This document shows positions 38,918 through 48,526 of a stretch of 64,000 nucleotides of DNA, piece after piece. Source of the stretch: Clostridium thermobutyricum (GTDB lineage Bacteria > Bacillota > Clostridia > Ch29); NCBI GenBank assembly GCA_016842005.1, contig JAENYD010000013.1, positions 5,490 to 69,489 of the forward strand. Reading direction: 5' to 3'. Position 1 is the first letter of the stretch; each line of letters opens with the position of its first letter. Below the pieces are notes generated by a model. The model was not told where the DNA came from and did not search any database. It saw nothing but the letters and a program-made list of their open reading frames with translations. A program made the translations under genes and the position numbers.

Positions 38918-38940
38918 ACATAAACATAAACTACATAGCA

Positions 38941-39000
38941 CCCCGATTGGTTTAACTAACATTCAGTCGGAGCAAAACTCCGCCTGAATGAAGTTTCACT
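38941..39000 (-). repeat. Palindromic repeat related to the dispersed family
   Basis: Minus strand CATTCAGGCGGAGTTTTGCTCCGACTGAATG resembles CTTCAGGTGGGGTTTTAACCCCATCTGAAG at 59880; abuts the dacB stop codon. Confidence 0.6.
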
Positions 39001-40128
39001 TTACCGTTTCAGTAATTTATTTAGTATATCCCGTCCCGACCTCATGAACCCTTTCTCTTTAACTTCTTCCTGAGCAATCAGATTGGCCCTGGCCAGAACC
39101 TCACCTTCAAGCTCAACTCTTACTTCCCCGGCCTTCTGCCCCTTTACCACCGGTGCTTCAAGATAATCAACCCACTCTTCCTCAACCTTTACCCGCTCCT
39201 TCTCTTCACCGGTCAACGGTACCATCAGCAGCCTGTCTGTAACCACTCTTATTCTTTCCTTCTTACCGTTTGATACCGCCACTGTTTTTACAAACTGGCC
39301 TTTTTCATAGTAGATAACCGGTTGGTATGCATTAAAGGCATATTCCAGCAGACTTACGGATTCCTGCCACATCGTCCCGCAGTTCAATACTACAGAAACC
39401 AGCTGCCATCCATTCCGGGTTGCGGATGCCACCAGACATCTGCCCGCCCTTCTGGTGTATCCGGTCTTAACACCATCGCCCCCCTCCATCTGCCAGAGAA
39501 GCTTATTCTTGTTCTTCAGTACCCTGCTGTAATCTCTGCCCCACCAGGGAATCTTTTTTTGTTTGGTGGACACAATCCTGGCAAATACCTGGTTGCGCAA
39601 CCCGTAGGATGCGATTTTAGCCAGGTCCCCGGCGGTGGTATAGTGATGCACATCGTCCAGCCCGTGGGGGTTAACAAAGTTTGTGTTGTATGCACCTATC
39701 TCCACTGCTTTCTGGTTCATCATCAAGGCAAAACCTTCGGTGCTTCCTCCGACATGTTCCGCAATTGCCACAGCGGCATCGTTTCCTGACTGGAGCATAA
39801 GACCGTACAAAAGGTCTTCAAGGGAAAGCCGTTCTCCGGCTTGAAGATAGATTGAAGAACCCCCGGTGTTCTGGGCCTTCAGGCTGGCGATCACAATATC
39901 GTTTATATTTCCGTTCTCAATAGCAGTGATGGCTGTCATGATTTTTGTAGTACTGGCCATGGGAAGCCTTTCATCCATGTTTTTCCCATACAGTACCCTT
40001 CCCGATACGACATCCATTACTACCGCTGCCCTGGCTGACGGTGCCACGTCCTGGGCATCTGCTGACTGCATTATGACAAGATTTATAGCCAGGGATATAA
40101 TCAATGTCACCAGGCCATATTTTCTCAA
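39001..40128 (-). CDS. dacB: D-alanyl-D-alanine carboxypeptidase (PBP5*-like)
   Basis: MASTTK, SGN, KTGYT; downstream of ytfI-gerW. Confidence 0.85.
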   Translation of the reverse strand: MRKYGLVTLIISLAINLVIMQSADAQDVAPSARAAVVMDVVSGRVLYGKNMDERLPMASTTKIMTAITAIENGNINDIVIASLKAQNTGGSSIYLQAGERLSLEDLLYGLMLQSGNDAAVAIAEHVGGSTEGFALMMNQKAVEIGAYNTNFVNPHGLDDVHHYTTAGDLAKIASYGLRNQVFARIVSTKQKKIPWWGRDYSRVLKNKNKLLWQMEGGDGVKTGYTRRAGRCLVASATRNGWQLVSVVLNCGTMWQESVSLLEYAFNAYQPVIYYEKGQFVKTVAVSNGKKERIRVVTDRLLMVPLTGEEKERVKVEEEWVDYLEAPVVKGQKAGEVRVELEGEVLARANLIAQEEVKEKGFMRSGRDILNKLLKR

Positions 40129-40176
40129 CTGTCAAACCTCCCTCTGCACATAAAAAAGAGTGAACCACACTCTTTT

Positions 40177-40614
40177 TTAATGTACCTCCTCTTTTACCCT
40201 TTCCTTTGTACCGTCATTATTCTTTCTTTTCCTAAAGGAGGCCTGCAGTTCTTCAATAACCTGCGGAGCCAGGTCTATTATCCTTTCCACCATGCCGCTG
40301 CTATTGGCGGGTAAAAGTTTTATATGTTCTTTTCCCACCACCATAAAGGCTACCGGCTGAACTGAAACTCCTGCTCCCGTACCTCCCGCAAAGGGCATTT
40401 TGGAATTTCCCTGCTCCCTTTCTCCTCCCTTCATCTCATATTCTCCCCCTCCGGAGGCAAAGCCCAGGCTTATCCTTGAAATGGGAATTACGACTGTACC
40501 ATCTATTGTTTCAACCGGTTCACCAACTATGGTGTTAACATCAACGATTTCCTTCAGACTCTCCATGGTCGTCTGCATCAGAGCCTCAATAGGATGCTCA
40601 GCCAATTCAATCAC
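40177..40614 (-). CDS. gerW: Sporulation/germination protein GerW (YtfJ)
   Basis: DVNTIVGEP, GFASGG, FAGGTGAGVSVQPVAF. Confidence 0.9.
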   Translation of the reverse strand: MIELAEHPIEALMQTTMESLKEIVDVNTIVGEPVETIDGTVVIPISRISLGFASGGGEYEMKGGEREQGNSKMPFAGGTGAGVSVQPVAFMVVGKEHIKLLPANSSGMVERIIDLAPQVIEELQASFRKRKNNDGTKERVKEEVH

Positions 40615-41233
40615 CGTCCTTTATTTTTGCTTTTAATGCTTTAAAACCCGCAATAATAGCATGGCCTATTTTAAAACTTAATATGCAATCAAATTGGGTG
40701 GTCAGCGCTATTCTCTCAAAATCAGGCTTTATATCGACTTTAAACTGTTCCAGTATCCTGCATCTCCTGTTTATGAATGCTATTACAATGGTCTTTACAT
40801 TCCACAGAAGGCCGGAGATAATCCCGGTTAAAGCGGCATCCCCTGTACCGATCCCTGTTTCCCATTTAAAATACCGGACTGTTGTTTTACCCGTAATATA
40901 ACGAAAAGCTTCCATATAATTCCCTATCATCTCTTTAACCTGCCGGATTTTTTCGATTATCACGCTGAGACTTAAAATCCGGCCTGTTTCCTTCACCGGC
41001 CGTCCCCCTCCGGAAACTTCCATTTCCTCTTCCAGCCTCATAGCCGGCTTGCTGCCGGAAGCAACCATTTCAATCACATTTATCTCCCTTTTAACGCTGA
41101 CCAGACCATGGAGTGTTGAAAAAACCACTACTATTTCATCGTTAATCCCATCCTTTAGATATGTAAATCTTATATTAATCTTTAAAAACCCGAATACAAC
41201 GCAGAGAAACCCCAGGATCACCAGGAATGCCAT
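40607..41233 (-). CDS. ytfI: YtfI/DUF2953 family protein
   Basis: GTGDAALTG motif; upstream of gerW; SigF-like GGCAAAAATA box upstream. Confidence 0.8.
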   Translation of the reverse strand: MAFLVILGFLCVVFGFLKINIRFTYLKDGINDEIVVVFSTLHGLVSVKREINVIEMVASGSKPAMRLEEEMEVSGGGRPVKETGRILSLSVIIEKIRQVKEMIGNYMEAFRYITGKTTVRYFKWETGIGTGDAALTGIISGLLWNVKTIVIAFINRRCRILEQFKVDIKPDFERIALTTQFDCILSFKIGHAIIAGFKALKAKIKDGD

Positions 41234-41298
41234 CTCATGCCCCCCTGAATTCATAGTCATGTATATTTTTGCCTGCAATAAAAAAAATACACGCTTGC

Positions 41299-41844
41299 TC
41301 AGCATGTATTTTCATCCTCCAGGTAGGATATCTGTTCTTCAATAAGCTCCGGAAGCTCTTTTAACGATTTAAAACCGAAATATTTCAGAAACTCCAGGGT
41401 AGTGCCGTATAATATGGGCCTGCCCACCGTATCCATCCTGTCCACTTCGCATATAAGTCTTTTCTCAATAAGCGTGGCTAGGGCCCGTTCGGATTTGACA
41501 CCCCTGATATTCTCGATTTCAGCCCTGGTTATAGGCTGATTGTAAGCTATTATTGCAAGAGTCTCAAGGGCTGCCTGGGAAAGTCCCTGTTTCCTTCTGG
41601 GAGAATATAGTTTCTGCAGAAACTCATAGTGTTCGGGGCGGGTTGCAAACTGAAAATGCCCGTCAGCTTCGATTATCTGGATACCTCTTCTGTCAAAATT
41701 AAAACGGTCTTTCATTTCTCTTACTATGACAAGGGCTTCTTTGTTATCAATTTCCAAAACCATGGCTATATCCCTCAAAGCAACCGGATCTCCCGATGCA
41801 AAAAGCAGTGATTCGATTATGCTCTCCATTTCTTTTCTGTCCAT
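41299..41844 (-). CDS. scpB: Segregation and condensation protein B
   Basis: IESLLFASG, LSQAALETLAIIAYNQPITR, GRPILYGTT. Confidence 0.95.
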   Translation of the reverse strand: MDRKEMESIIESLLFASGDPVALRDIAMVLEIDNKEALVIVREMKDRFNFDRRGIQIIEADGHFQFATRPEHYEFLQKLYSPRRKQGLSQAALETLAIIAYNQPITRAEIENIRGVKSERALATLIEKRLICEVDRMDTVGRPILYGTTLEFLKYFGFKSLKELPELIEEQISYLEDENTC

Positions 41845-41846
41845 AC

Positions 41847-42605
41847 CTATCTCCAGCCTTCATTTACCCTTTCTCTGATGATAATTCTCCCCCATATCCG
41901 GTCCTGTTTAACAATAATCATTCTCAGTCTTATCAGTTCCAGCATGGCGATAAAGGTAATAACAACATCTGTCCTTCCGGTATCTTCATCAAACAGGTCG
42001 TCAAAGCTGATTTCCTTTTTTTCTGCCAGCCTGCCCCTGATAAAATGAATTTTGTCTGTCACAGATATTTCTTCCCTCCGGACACTCTTTTTCAGGTCCA
42101 GATCATCATTGTACAGGTTTTTGTATCTTGCCATTACCTTGTTGAAAGCCCTGCATAAATCAATAAAATCAAGGTCAACCAGTTCGGGTTCCCATTCTAT
42201 ATATTCGACCTGGGGCTCAGGTTCTTTGAATAAGCGTTTCTGGAATTTATCCTCCCGTTTTTTCAATTCTTCGGTAATACTCTTGTACTTACGGTATTCT
42301 ATAAGCCTGTCCACAAGCTGTTGCCTCGGATCTATTTCCTCCTCTTCATTATCATCCTGCTGGGGCAACAGCATTTTGGACTTTATCTGAATAAGGGTGG
42401 CGGCCATCACAAGAAACTCGCTGGCAGTATCCACATCAAAAAAATCAATGTCATCAAGATATTCTAGGTACTGCGTGGTTATTTCAGCAATGGGAATATC
42501 GTAGATATCAACCTCGTTTTTCTCAATCAAATGAAACAGCAAGTCAAAGGGGCCTTCAAAAACCTCCAGTTTGACCCTGTAAGACATTTTTACCCGTTCC
42601 ATCAT
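41847..42605 (-). CDS. scpA: Segregation and condensation protein A
   Basis: FEGPFDLL..LI, EFLVMAATL..IKS..LLP, FIAMLEL. Confidence 0.95.
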   Translation of the reverse strand: MMERVKMSYRVKLEVFEGPFDLLFHLIEKNEVDIYDIPIAEITTQYLEYLDDIDFFDVDTASEFLVMAATLIQIKSKMLLPQQDDNEEEEIDPRQQLVDRLIEYRKYKSITEELKKREDKFQKRLFKEPEPQVEYIEWEPELVDLDFIDLCRAFNKVMARYKNLYNDDLDLKKSVRREEISVTDKIHFIRGRLAEKKEISFDDLFDEDTGRTDVVITFIAMLELIRLRMIIVKQDRIWGRIIIRERVNEGWR

Positions 42606-43588
42606 TTGAGATTCATTTTCCTCCTGACTTCCTCAAGGGTTTTTACTGCATTCTCCCGGGCTTTTTTTGCCCCTTCTATAAGTACATCCCTTACATAATC
42701 AGGATTAGCCTCCAGTTCCCGTCTTCTTCGGTTTATGGGACTGATAAACTCAACCAGATTCTGGGCCAGCCTCTTCTTGCAATCTACGCAACCTATTTTG
42801 CCTCTTCTACAGGCCTCCTCCGTTTCCTCCAGGTCAGACAGTCGGGTAAATACCTTGTGGAACGCATATACCGAACAGACTTCCGGGTTCCCCGGATCGG
42901 TTTTCTTTATGCGCTGAGGGTCGGTCACCATCTGACTGGTTTTCTTCAGAATTTCTTCAGGGCTATCCGAAAGATATATGGCATTGTTATAACTCTTGCT
43001 CATTTTTCTTCCGTCAAGTCCCGGCAAGACCTTGGCCTCGGTCAAAAGCGCCTGGGGTTCGGGGAAGGTATCACCGTAAATATAATTAAACCTCCTGGCA
43101 ATCTCCCTGCTCAATTCCAGGTGGGGCAACTGGTCTTCACCCACGGGTACATACCTCGCCTTGCATATCAATATATCCGCCGCCTGAAGACAGGGATATC
43201 CCAGGAAACCGAAGGTTGCAATATTCTTACCCTCCAGTTGCTGCAGCTGGTCTTTGTAAGTGGGACACCTTTCAAGCCATGAAACAGGGGTAACCATGGA
43301 AAGCAGCAGAAACAGCTCTGAGATCTCTTTAATATCCGACTGAATATACATTGTACATTTTCCCGGGTCCAGACCGGCACTTAGCCAGTCTAAAGCTACT
43401 TCCATGATATTGTCCTGCAATTCACCGGTATCTTCATAGCCGGTGGTCAGGGCATGCCAGTCAACTATAGAATGGTAGCTTGTGTACTCTTCCTGGAGCT
43501 TCACCCAGTTTTCCAGAGCTCCGAAATAATTGCCCAGATGCAGCTTTCCGGTCGGTCGCATTCCGCTCATAATTATCCCTTTTGTCAT
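42602..43588 (-). CDS. trpS: Tryptophan--tRNA ligase
   Basis: SGMRPTGKLHLGN, VPVGEDQ, KMSKS. Confidence 0.97.
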   Translation of the reverse strand: MTKGIIMSGMRPTGKLHLGNYFGALENWVKLQEEYTSYHSIVDWHALTTGYEDTGELQDNIMEVALDWLSAGLDPGKCTMYIQSDIKEISELFLLLSMVTPVSWLERCPTYKDQLQQLEGKNIATFGFLGYPCLQAADILICKARYVPVGEDQLPHLELSREIARRFNYIYGDTFPEPQALLTEAKVLPGLDGRKMSKSYNNAIYLSDSPEEILKKTSQMVTDPQRIKKTDPGNPEVCSVYAFHKVFTRLSDLEETEEACRRGKIGCVDCKKRLAQNLVEFISPINRRRRELEANPDYVRDVLIEGAKKARENAVKTLEEVRRKMNLK

Positions 43589-43640
43589 TGGCTATTCCTC
43601 CTGTTCACTTTCTATATAATTATATTCTTTTTATATTCTA

Positions 43641-43675
43641 TATCCGATGGCTACCGTCACTAATACTTCCGTCCT
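43641..43675 (-). repeat. 3' fragment of the dispersed repeat
   Basis: Reverse complement AGGACGGAAGTATTAGTGACGGTAGCCATCGGATA matches 59959-59993 at 32/35 positions. Confidence 0.8.
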
Positions 43676-43680
43676 ATTTA

Positions 43681-44301
43681 TCAGAAAAATAACCCTGTAA
43701 CAGTCGTTATAATGAAATTCAACAATCCGATAATAGGGTTCAGAACCGCCCATAATAATCTGTTTCCCAGGAACACCACCAGCAGAAAAATCATCTGTAT
43801 CTGGCCGTGCCTCTGACTTAAGGCGAGGGCTTTCCCCGGAGGCAGCAATGTTTCAAGTATCCTGGAACCGTCCAGGGGATATACAGGTATCAGATTGAAC
43901 ACAGCAATAACCAGGCTGTACAGATAAACCGTCTGCAACAGTACCACGGCAGGACCGTACATGGACAGTATTCCTGAGCCCATAATCAGCCTTACCACAA
44001 AGGCAAGAACTATGCCGGACAGTGGACCTGCCAGGGCCACATAAAGCATTCCCTTTCTCCGGTCTTTAAAATACATGGGGCTTGTGGGAACGGGTTTTGC
44101 CCAGCCCAGTCTGACCAGAAGCAGCATCAAAAACCCGAGGGGATCTATGTGGACCAGGGGATTCAGGGTCAGTCTTCCCCGGTTACGGGGTGTAGGGTCT
44201 CCCAGCATGTCCGCCACCTTGGCATGACTGTATTCGTGAACGGTCAGAACTATGACGATTGCCGGTATAGTGTATATCAGGTTTTGTATATTCATACCCA
44301 T
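43681..44301 (-). CDS. Site-2 protease (peptidase M50)
   Basis: HEYSH, GDPTP, AGP, FNLIPVYPLDG. Confidence 0.92.
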   Translation of the reverse strand: MGMNIQNLIYTIPAIVIVLTVHEYSHAKVADMLGDPTPRNRGRLTLNPLVHIDPLGFLMLLLVRLGWAKPVPTSPMYFKDRRKGMLYVALAGPLSGIVLAFVVRLIMGSGILSMYGPAVVLLQTVYLYSLVIAVFNLIPVYPLDGSRILETLLPPGKALALSQRHGQIQMIFLLVVFLGNRLLWAVLNPIIGLLNFIITTVTGLFF

Positions 44302-44304
44302 ATT

Positions 44305-45555
44305 CTAGAGCCCTCCTTTGTTCACCAGTTTCAGCAGGACCTGGATTTGTCCGTTCATGTCCCTTATCTCTCTATTATATATTTCTCTCTTTGCATTATC
44401 CAGCAAATATTTATAAATCTGCCCCGGTGGTATCCCCATTTTATTCAGGTGGTTACCGGTGATATAAACAGGAAACCTTTTCACCCGGGTCAAATACCTC
44501 TGAATATTCTTTTTATAACAGACTGAAGTTTCTACCAGTTTCAGGTAATCAAGCACTTCGTCATCTACGCCCCAAAAAAGCGTGTAAAGACTGTAATTAT
44601 CCAGGACCCTTTCTCTTACAAATTTACCGATCCCTTCTTCCCGTTTGCGCAGTTTTTTCAGTTGCAGGGCTTTTTTCGAATAAACAGCCAACATTTCCCG
44701 TAACCCGGCATGGTCAATATCCTCTAATAGTGCCAGGGCCACATACAAGGGCTGTCCGGAAGCATTGCAGGATACCCGTTCCATCTTTTCATAAGTGGTG
44801 ACAGATATATCCGCCCCGGGAAAAAGAAGTTCCCATAGATCCAGGACCACCAATTCCTCAACTGAATGCCGGGGGCCTGTTTCTGAAAATAGGAGATTAA
44901 TCTCCCGGGCAACTCTTTCCCTGCTCAACAGCAGGGGAAACCCGCCCTTAATGGACTGTATCATCAGATTTTTTGTACGGGTATCTATCCGAAACCGATA
45001 GCGGTGTTGAAACCTGATACACCGGAAAATCCTGCTGGGGTCATCTATAAAGCTTTTGTCGTGTATCAGCCGGAGCACGCCGTGTTTCAGGTCCTCCAGT
45101 CCCCCGAAATAATCCAAAATCTCCCCGTAATCCCCGGGACTCAATCCCATGGCCATGGCATTTATGGTGAAATCCCTTCTGTACAGGTCATCATAAATAT
45201 CTGAAAATTGTACCCGGGGCAGCACAGCGGGGCGGGGATAGAACTCCTTCCGGGCTGTGGCAAGGTCTACCCTGAACCCCTCATGCAGTTCGACTGTCGC
45301 TGTCCCGAACCCGGGGTATACACGAATACTCCGGCTGTCGCCCCATATGACATTAGCCAGTCTTATGGCATCTCCCACTACAGTGATATCCAGGTCCTTT
45401 ACCCGGTTGTCAATTAAGATATCCCTTACCGATCCCCCTACCAGATATGCCTTGCAGTTTAGATGCCGGGAATGCCTTCCTACTGTCATCAATATATTTA
45501 TTATCTCGGAGGGCAATCTCTCCACTCTCTTTTGCATATTCAGCTTTTCATGCAC
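44305..45555 (-). CDS. Class II tRNA nucleotidyltransferase (CCA- or A-adding)
   Basis: LVGGSVRD...DLD, FGT, RRDFTINAMA, SFIDDPSRIFR. Confidence 0.85.
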   Translation of the reverse strand: MHEKLNMQKRVERLPSEIINILMTVGRHSRHLNCKAYLVGGSVRDILIDNRVKDLDITVVGDAIRLANVIWGDSRSIRVYPGFGTATVELHEGFRVDLATARKEFYPRPAVLPRVQFSDIYDDLYRRDFTINAMAMGLSPGDYGEILDYFGGLEDLKHGVLRLIHDKSFIDDPSRIFRCIRFQHRYRFRIDTRTKNLMIQSIKGGFPLLLSRERVAREINLLFSETGPRHSVEELVVLDLWELLFPGADISVTTYEKMERVSCNASGQPLYVALALLEDIDHAGLREMLAVYSKKALQLKKLRKREEGIGKFVRERVLDNYSLYTLFWGVDDEVLDYLKLVETSVCYKKNIQRYLTRVKRFPVYITGNHLNKMGIPPGQIYKYLLDNAKREIYNREIRDMNGQIQVLLKLVNKGGL

Positions 45556-45711
45556 TTCCCATCAACTGACCTTCCTGATATACTATACAAATTCCCATGG
45601 ATATATATTACCACATATTTCTCCGGGTTTCCACGCACGGTTGAACCGGACCGGCCAATCCTGTCCGGGGATGCATACACGGAAACCATTGTTTTAGATA
45701 AAATTATTTCT

Positions 45712-45739
45712 AAAAATAAAGACCGGGCATAAGCCCGGT
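45712..45739 (-). terminator. Terminator downstream of dacF
   Basis: ACCGGGC-TTAT-GCCCGGT-CTTTATTTTT on the minus strand. Confidence 0.65.
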
Positions 45740-45782
45740 ATACTCCTCTCCGGTCCTATGCCCGTACCTGGTCAGACAAGCA

Positions 45783-45825
45783 GGATATCTGGCTTCCGCC
45801 GGGGGTTTCAACCTCCGTCTGAAGC
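45783..45825 (+). repeat. Degenerate first-hairpin copy of the dispersed repeat
   Basis: GGATATCTGGCTTCCGCCGGGGGTTTCAACCTCCGTCTGAAGC resembles 59870-59910. Confidence 0.5.
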
Positions 45826-45861
45826 GCAGGAACACTGCCTTTTTTATTTACCGGCACTATT

Positions 45862-47025
45862 CTACCTCGCAGCAATCAGCCACCCCACTATAGTTTTCCA
45901 TAGGGTGCTCAGAAATCCTCTTTTTTCTACCGTTTGTCCTGCCACCAGTTCTATCTTCCGGATTGTTTCCCCTTCCTGGTTGACCAGCAATTCTCCCACT
46001 TTTTGCCCTTTTTCCACCGGTGCGTTGATAAATTCAGGCATTTCCACCTCCCGCTTCAGGGTGTTCTCCTTTCCTTTCAGGACCAACACACTGACGTCTT
46101 CTCCGGGTTTGACATCAACATACTCTTCTATGCCCTTGGAAACCCTTATCTGGTTAATCACGTCATCTTTTGCAGCAATAGGTACAGAGTTGTATCTTGC
46201 AAATCCATAGGTCAAAAGGTTCTCTGCCTCTCTAAATCTTGTCTCTGAAGTAGGGGCACCCATGACCACGCCGATGAGTCTCAGGTTTCCTTTTTTGGCC
46301 GTAACTGATATACAGTGTTTCGCCTTATCTGTAAACCCTGTTTTCAAGCCGTCAACACCGTCATACCTTCGGAGCAGCTTATTGGTGTTAACCATTGTAA
46401 AGGTCTTGAACCTTCCTTCTTTTCCAATCTCAATGTCCTCCATCCAGATTGTGGTCCATTCAAATATCTTCTTGTGCTTTAACAGTTCCCTGGACATTAC
46501 AGCCACATCATGGGCGGAAGTATAATGCTCATCGTTATGAAGCCCATTACAGTTGACAAAATGGGTATCCTTCATCCCCAGTTCCTCAGCCCTTTTATTC
46601 ATCATATCAACAAACAGTTCTTCACTGCCTGCGATGTGCTCCGCTATGGCTACACTGGCATCATTACCGGAGGCAACAGTAATTGCCTTCAAAAGCTGTT
46701 CTACTGTCTTACTTTCCCCGACTTCCATATAAAGCTGGCTGCCACCCATACTGGCCGCATACTGGCTTACGGTCACAACGTCATCCAGGCTTATGATCCC
46801 CTTCTCCAGATTTTCCATGGCTATGAGCAGGGTCATTATTTTTGTAACGCTGGCCGGAAATACTTTAGCATGGGCATTCTGTTCAAACAAAATAGTCCCT
46901 GTATCTGCCTCCATTAAAATGCTGCCCGTGGCATCCACCTTCATATCCTGGGCAAAGACCGGATGAGCCAGTGCGGCAATCATTATAATAACCAGTAAGA
47001 ATACAAGTGTCGACCTTTTTTTCAT
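45862..47025 (-). CDS. dacF: D-alanyl-D-alanine carboxypeptidase, forespore type
   Basis: PASVTKIM, SMGGSQ, SGN, NTNKLL, KTGFT; follows pdp. Confidence 0.88.
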   Translation of the reverse strand: MKKRSTLVFLLVIIMIAALAHPVFAQDMKVDATGSILMEADTGTILFEQNAHAKVFPASVTKIMTLLIAMENLEKGIISLDDVVTVSQYAASMGGSQLYMEVGESKTVEQLLKAITVASGNDASVAIAEHIAGSEELFVDMMNKRAEELGMKDTHFVNCNGLHNDEHYTSAHDVAVMSRELLKHKKIFEWTTIWMEDIEIGKEGRFKTFTMVNTNKLLRRYDGVDGLKTGFTDKAKHCISVTAKKGNLRLIGVVMGAPTSETRFREAENLLTYGFARYNSVPIAAKDDVINQIRVSKGIEEYVDVKPGEDVSVLVLKGKENTLKREVEMPEFINAPVEKGQKVGELLVNQEGETIRKIELVAGQTVEKRGFLSTLWKTIVGWLIAAR

Positions 47026-47057
47026 TTTCCTCCCTCCTTATTTTGTTAGGTCATTAT

Positions 47058-47087
47058 TAGATTAACCATCAGAAAAAACACTTATTC
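47058..47087 (-). promoter_or_regulatory. SigF/SigG-type promoter of dacF
   Basis: GAATA-N15-GGTTAATCTA. Confidence 0.6.
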
Positions 47088-47150
47088 AAAATAAAAAAAA
47101 TGCGCCGTAGCGCATCAATATTTAACAGATTGTGTTAAAAAAATTTTCCA

Positions 47151-48461
47151 TTATTTATATATATAGTCTTTTACTGTTTCCCTTTTTTCAACAGGCTGTT
47201 CGCATATTTCAACCGATTGCTTGAACAGATCAAGGGCTTCCCTGATGTTTTCCGTCCTGTTATAGTGGAAGCAGGCTATTTTCTCCCCTTTTTCAACCGC
47301 ATCCCCTATTTTCTTGTTCAGGACAATGCCTGCAGACAGGTCAATCGTATCCTCCTTCGTAGCTCTGCCTGCTCCCAGCATCATGGCGCTCCGGCCCACT
47401 GCTTCCGCTGATATCCGGCTTATATATCCGCCGGACGAGGCCTTCACTTCATATATTTTCCCTGCCCGGGGAAGGATATGTTCGGGGTCTTCAACCGCCA
47501 TCGGGTTTCCTCCCTGATTTTCGACAAACTCCTTGAACTTGTTCATGGCCTTGCCTGAAGCAATCAACGCATCCACCATTTCTCTGCCCTGTTCGGTATC
47601 GGCTGCCTTTTCCCCCAGTACCAGCATTACTGCTGCCAGTTCTCTGCACAACTGTCTTAAATCCTCCGGTCCCTGCCCTTTGAGAGTATCAATCGCTTCC
47701 CTTACTTCCAGGGCATTGCCGACTGCATAACCCAGTGGCTGCTCCATATCGCTGATAACCGCAACAGTTTTCCTTCCTACAGCATTTCCGATTTTAACCA
47801 TTATGGATGCCAGTTTTCTGGCCTGTTCCATGTCTTTTATAAAAGCTCCGCTGCCCACCTTGACATCCAGCAATATCCGTCCGGCCCCCGAGGCAATTTT
47901 TTTACTCATTATACTGCTGGCTATCAAAGAGACATTATCAACAGTGGCAGTAACATCCCTCAGGGCATACAATTTCTTGTCGGCTGGTGCCAGATTGCCC
48001 GTTTGTCCGGTAAGGGCAATACCTATTCTCTTGACAGATCTCATGAATTCTTTCATGGTCATTTCTGTTTTAAACCCGGGTATGGCTTCCAGCTTGTCTA
48101 TCGTACCCCCGGTATGGCCCAGGCCTCTGCCCGACATCTTGGCTACAGGAATACCGGATGCCGCCACCAGCGGTACTATGACCAGTGACGTTTTGTCTCC
48201 CACTCCTCCTGTACTGTGCTTGTCAACTGTTATGCCGGGAATCTCGGCAAGACATAGCTGTTCTCCGGATGCAGCCATGGCCTCGGTCAGCAGGACTGTT
48301 TCCTCTTCATCCATTCCCCTGAAATATATGGCCATTAGCAAGGCGGAAATCTGGTAATCAGGTATCCGGTCCTTTACATATCCATCAATAAAATATCTTA
48401 TTTCCTGCCCGGTAAACCGTCCTCCATCCCTTTTTTTCTTTATAATATCGTACATTCTCAT
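47151..48461 (-). CDS. pdp: Pyrimidine-nucleoside phosphorylase
   Basis: DKHSTGGVGDK, KMSGRGLGHTGGT.DKLE, SIMSKK. Confidence 0.95.
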   Translation of the reverse strand: MRMYDIIKKKRDGGRFTGQEIRYFIDGYVKDRIPDYQISALLMAIYFRGMDEEETVLLTEAMAASGEQLCLAEIPGITVDKHSTGGVGDKTSLVIVPLVAASGIPVAKMSGRGLGHTGGTIDKLEAIPGFKTEMTMKEFMRSVKRIGIALTGQTGNLAPADKKLYALRDVTATVDNVSLIASSIMSKKIASGAGRILLDVKVGSGAFIKDMEQARKLASIMVKIGNAVGRKTVAVISDMEQPLGYAVGNALEVREAIDTLKGQGPEDLRQLCRELAAVMLVLGEKAADTEQGREMVDALIASGKAMNKFKEFVENQGGNPMAVEDPEHILPRAGKIYEVKASSGGYISRISAEAVGRSAMMLGAGRATKEDTIDLSAGIVLNKKIGDAVEKGEKIACFHYNRTENIREALDLFKQSVEICEQPVEKRETVKDYIYK

Positions 48462-48526
48462 AATTTAATGCACCCCCTCCATATAGTAAATCAATATATA
48501 GATAATCCGATTCCGGAACCGTTTCT

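Noticed and set aside
43589-43680. T-box leader for trpS
   Set aside because: The gap is only about 90 nt, has no T-box consensus, and is partly filled by a repeat fragment.
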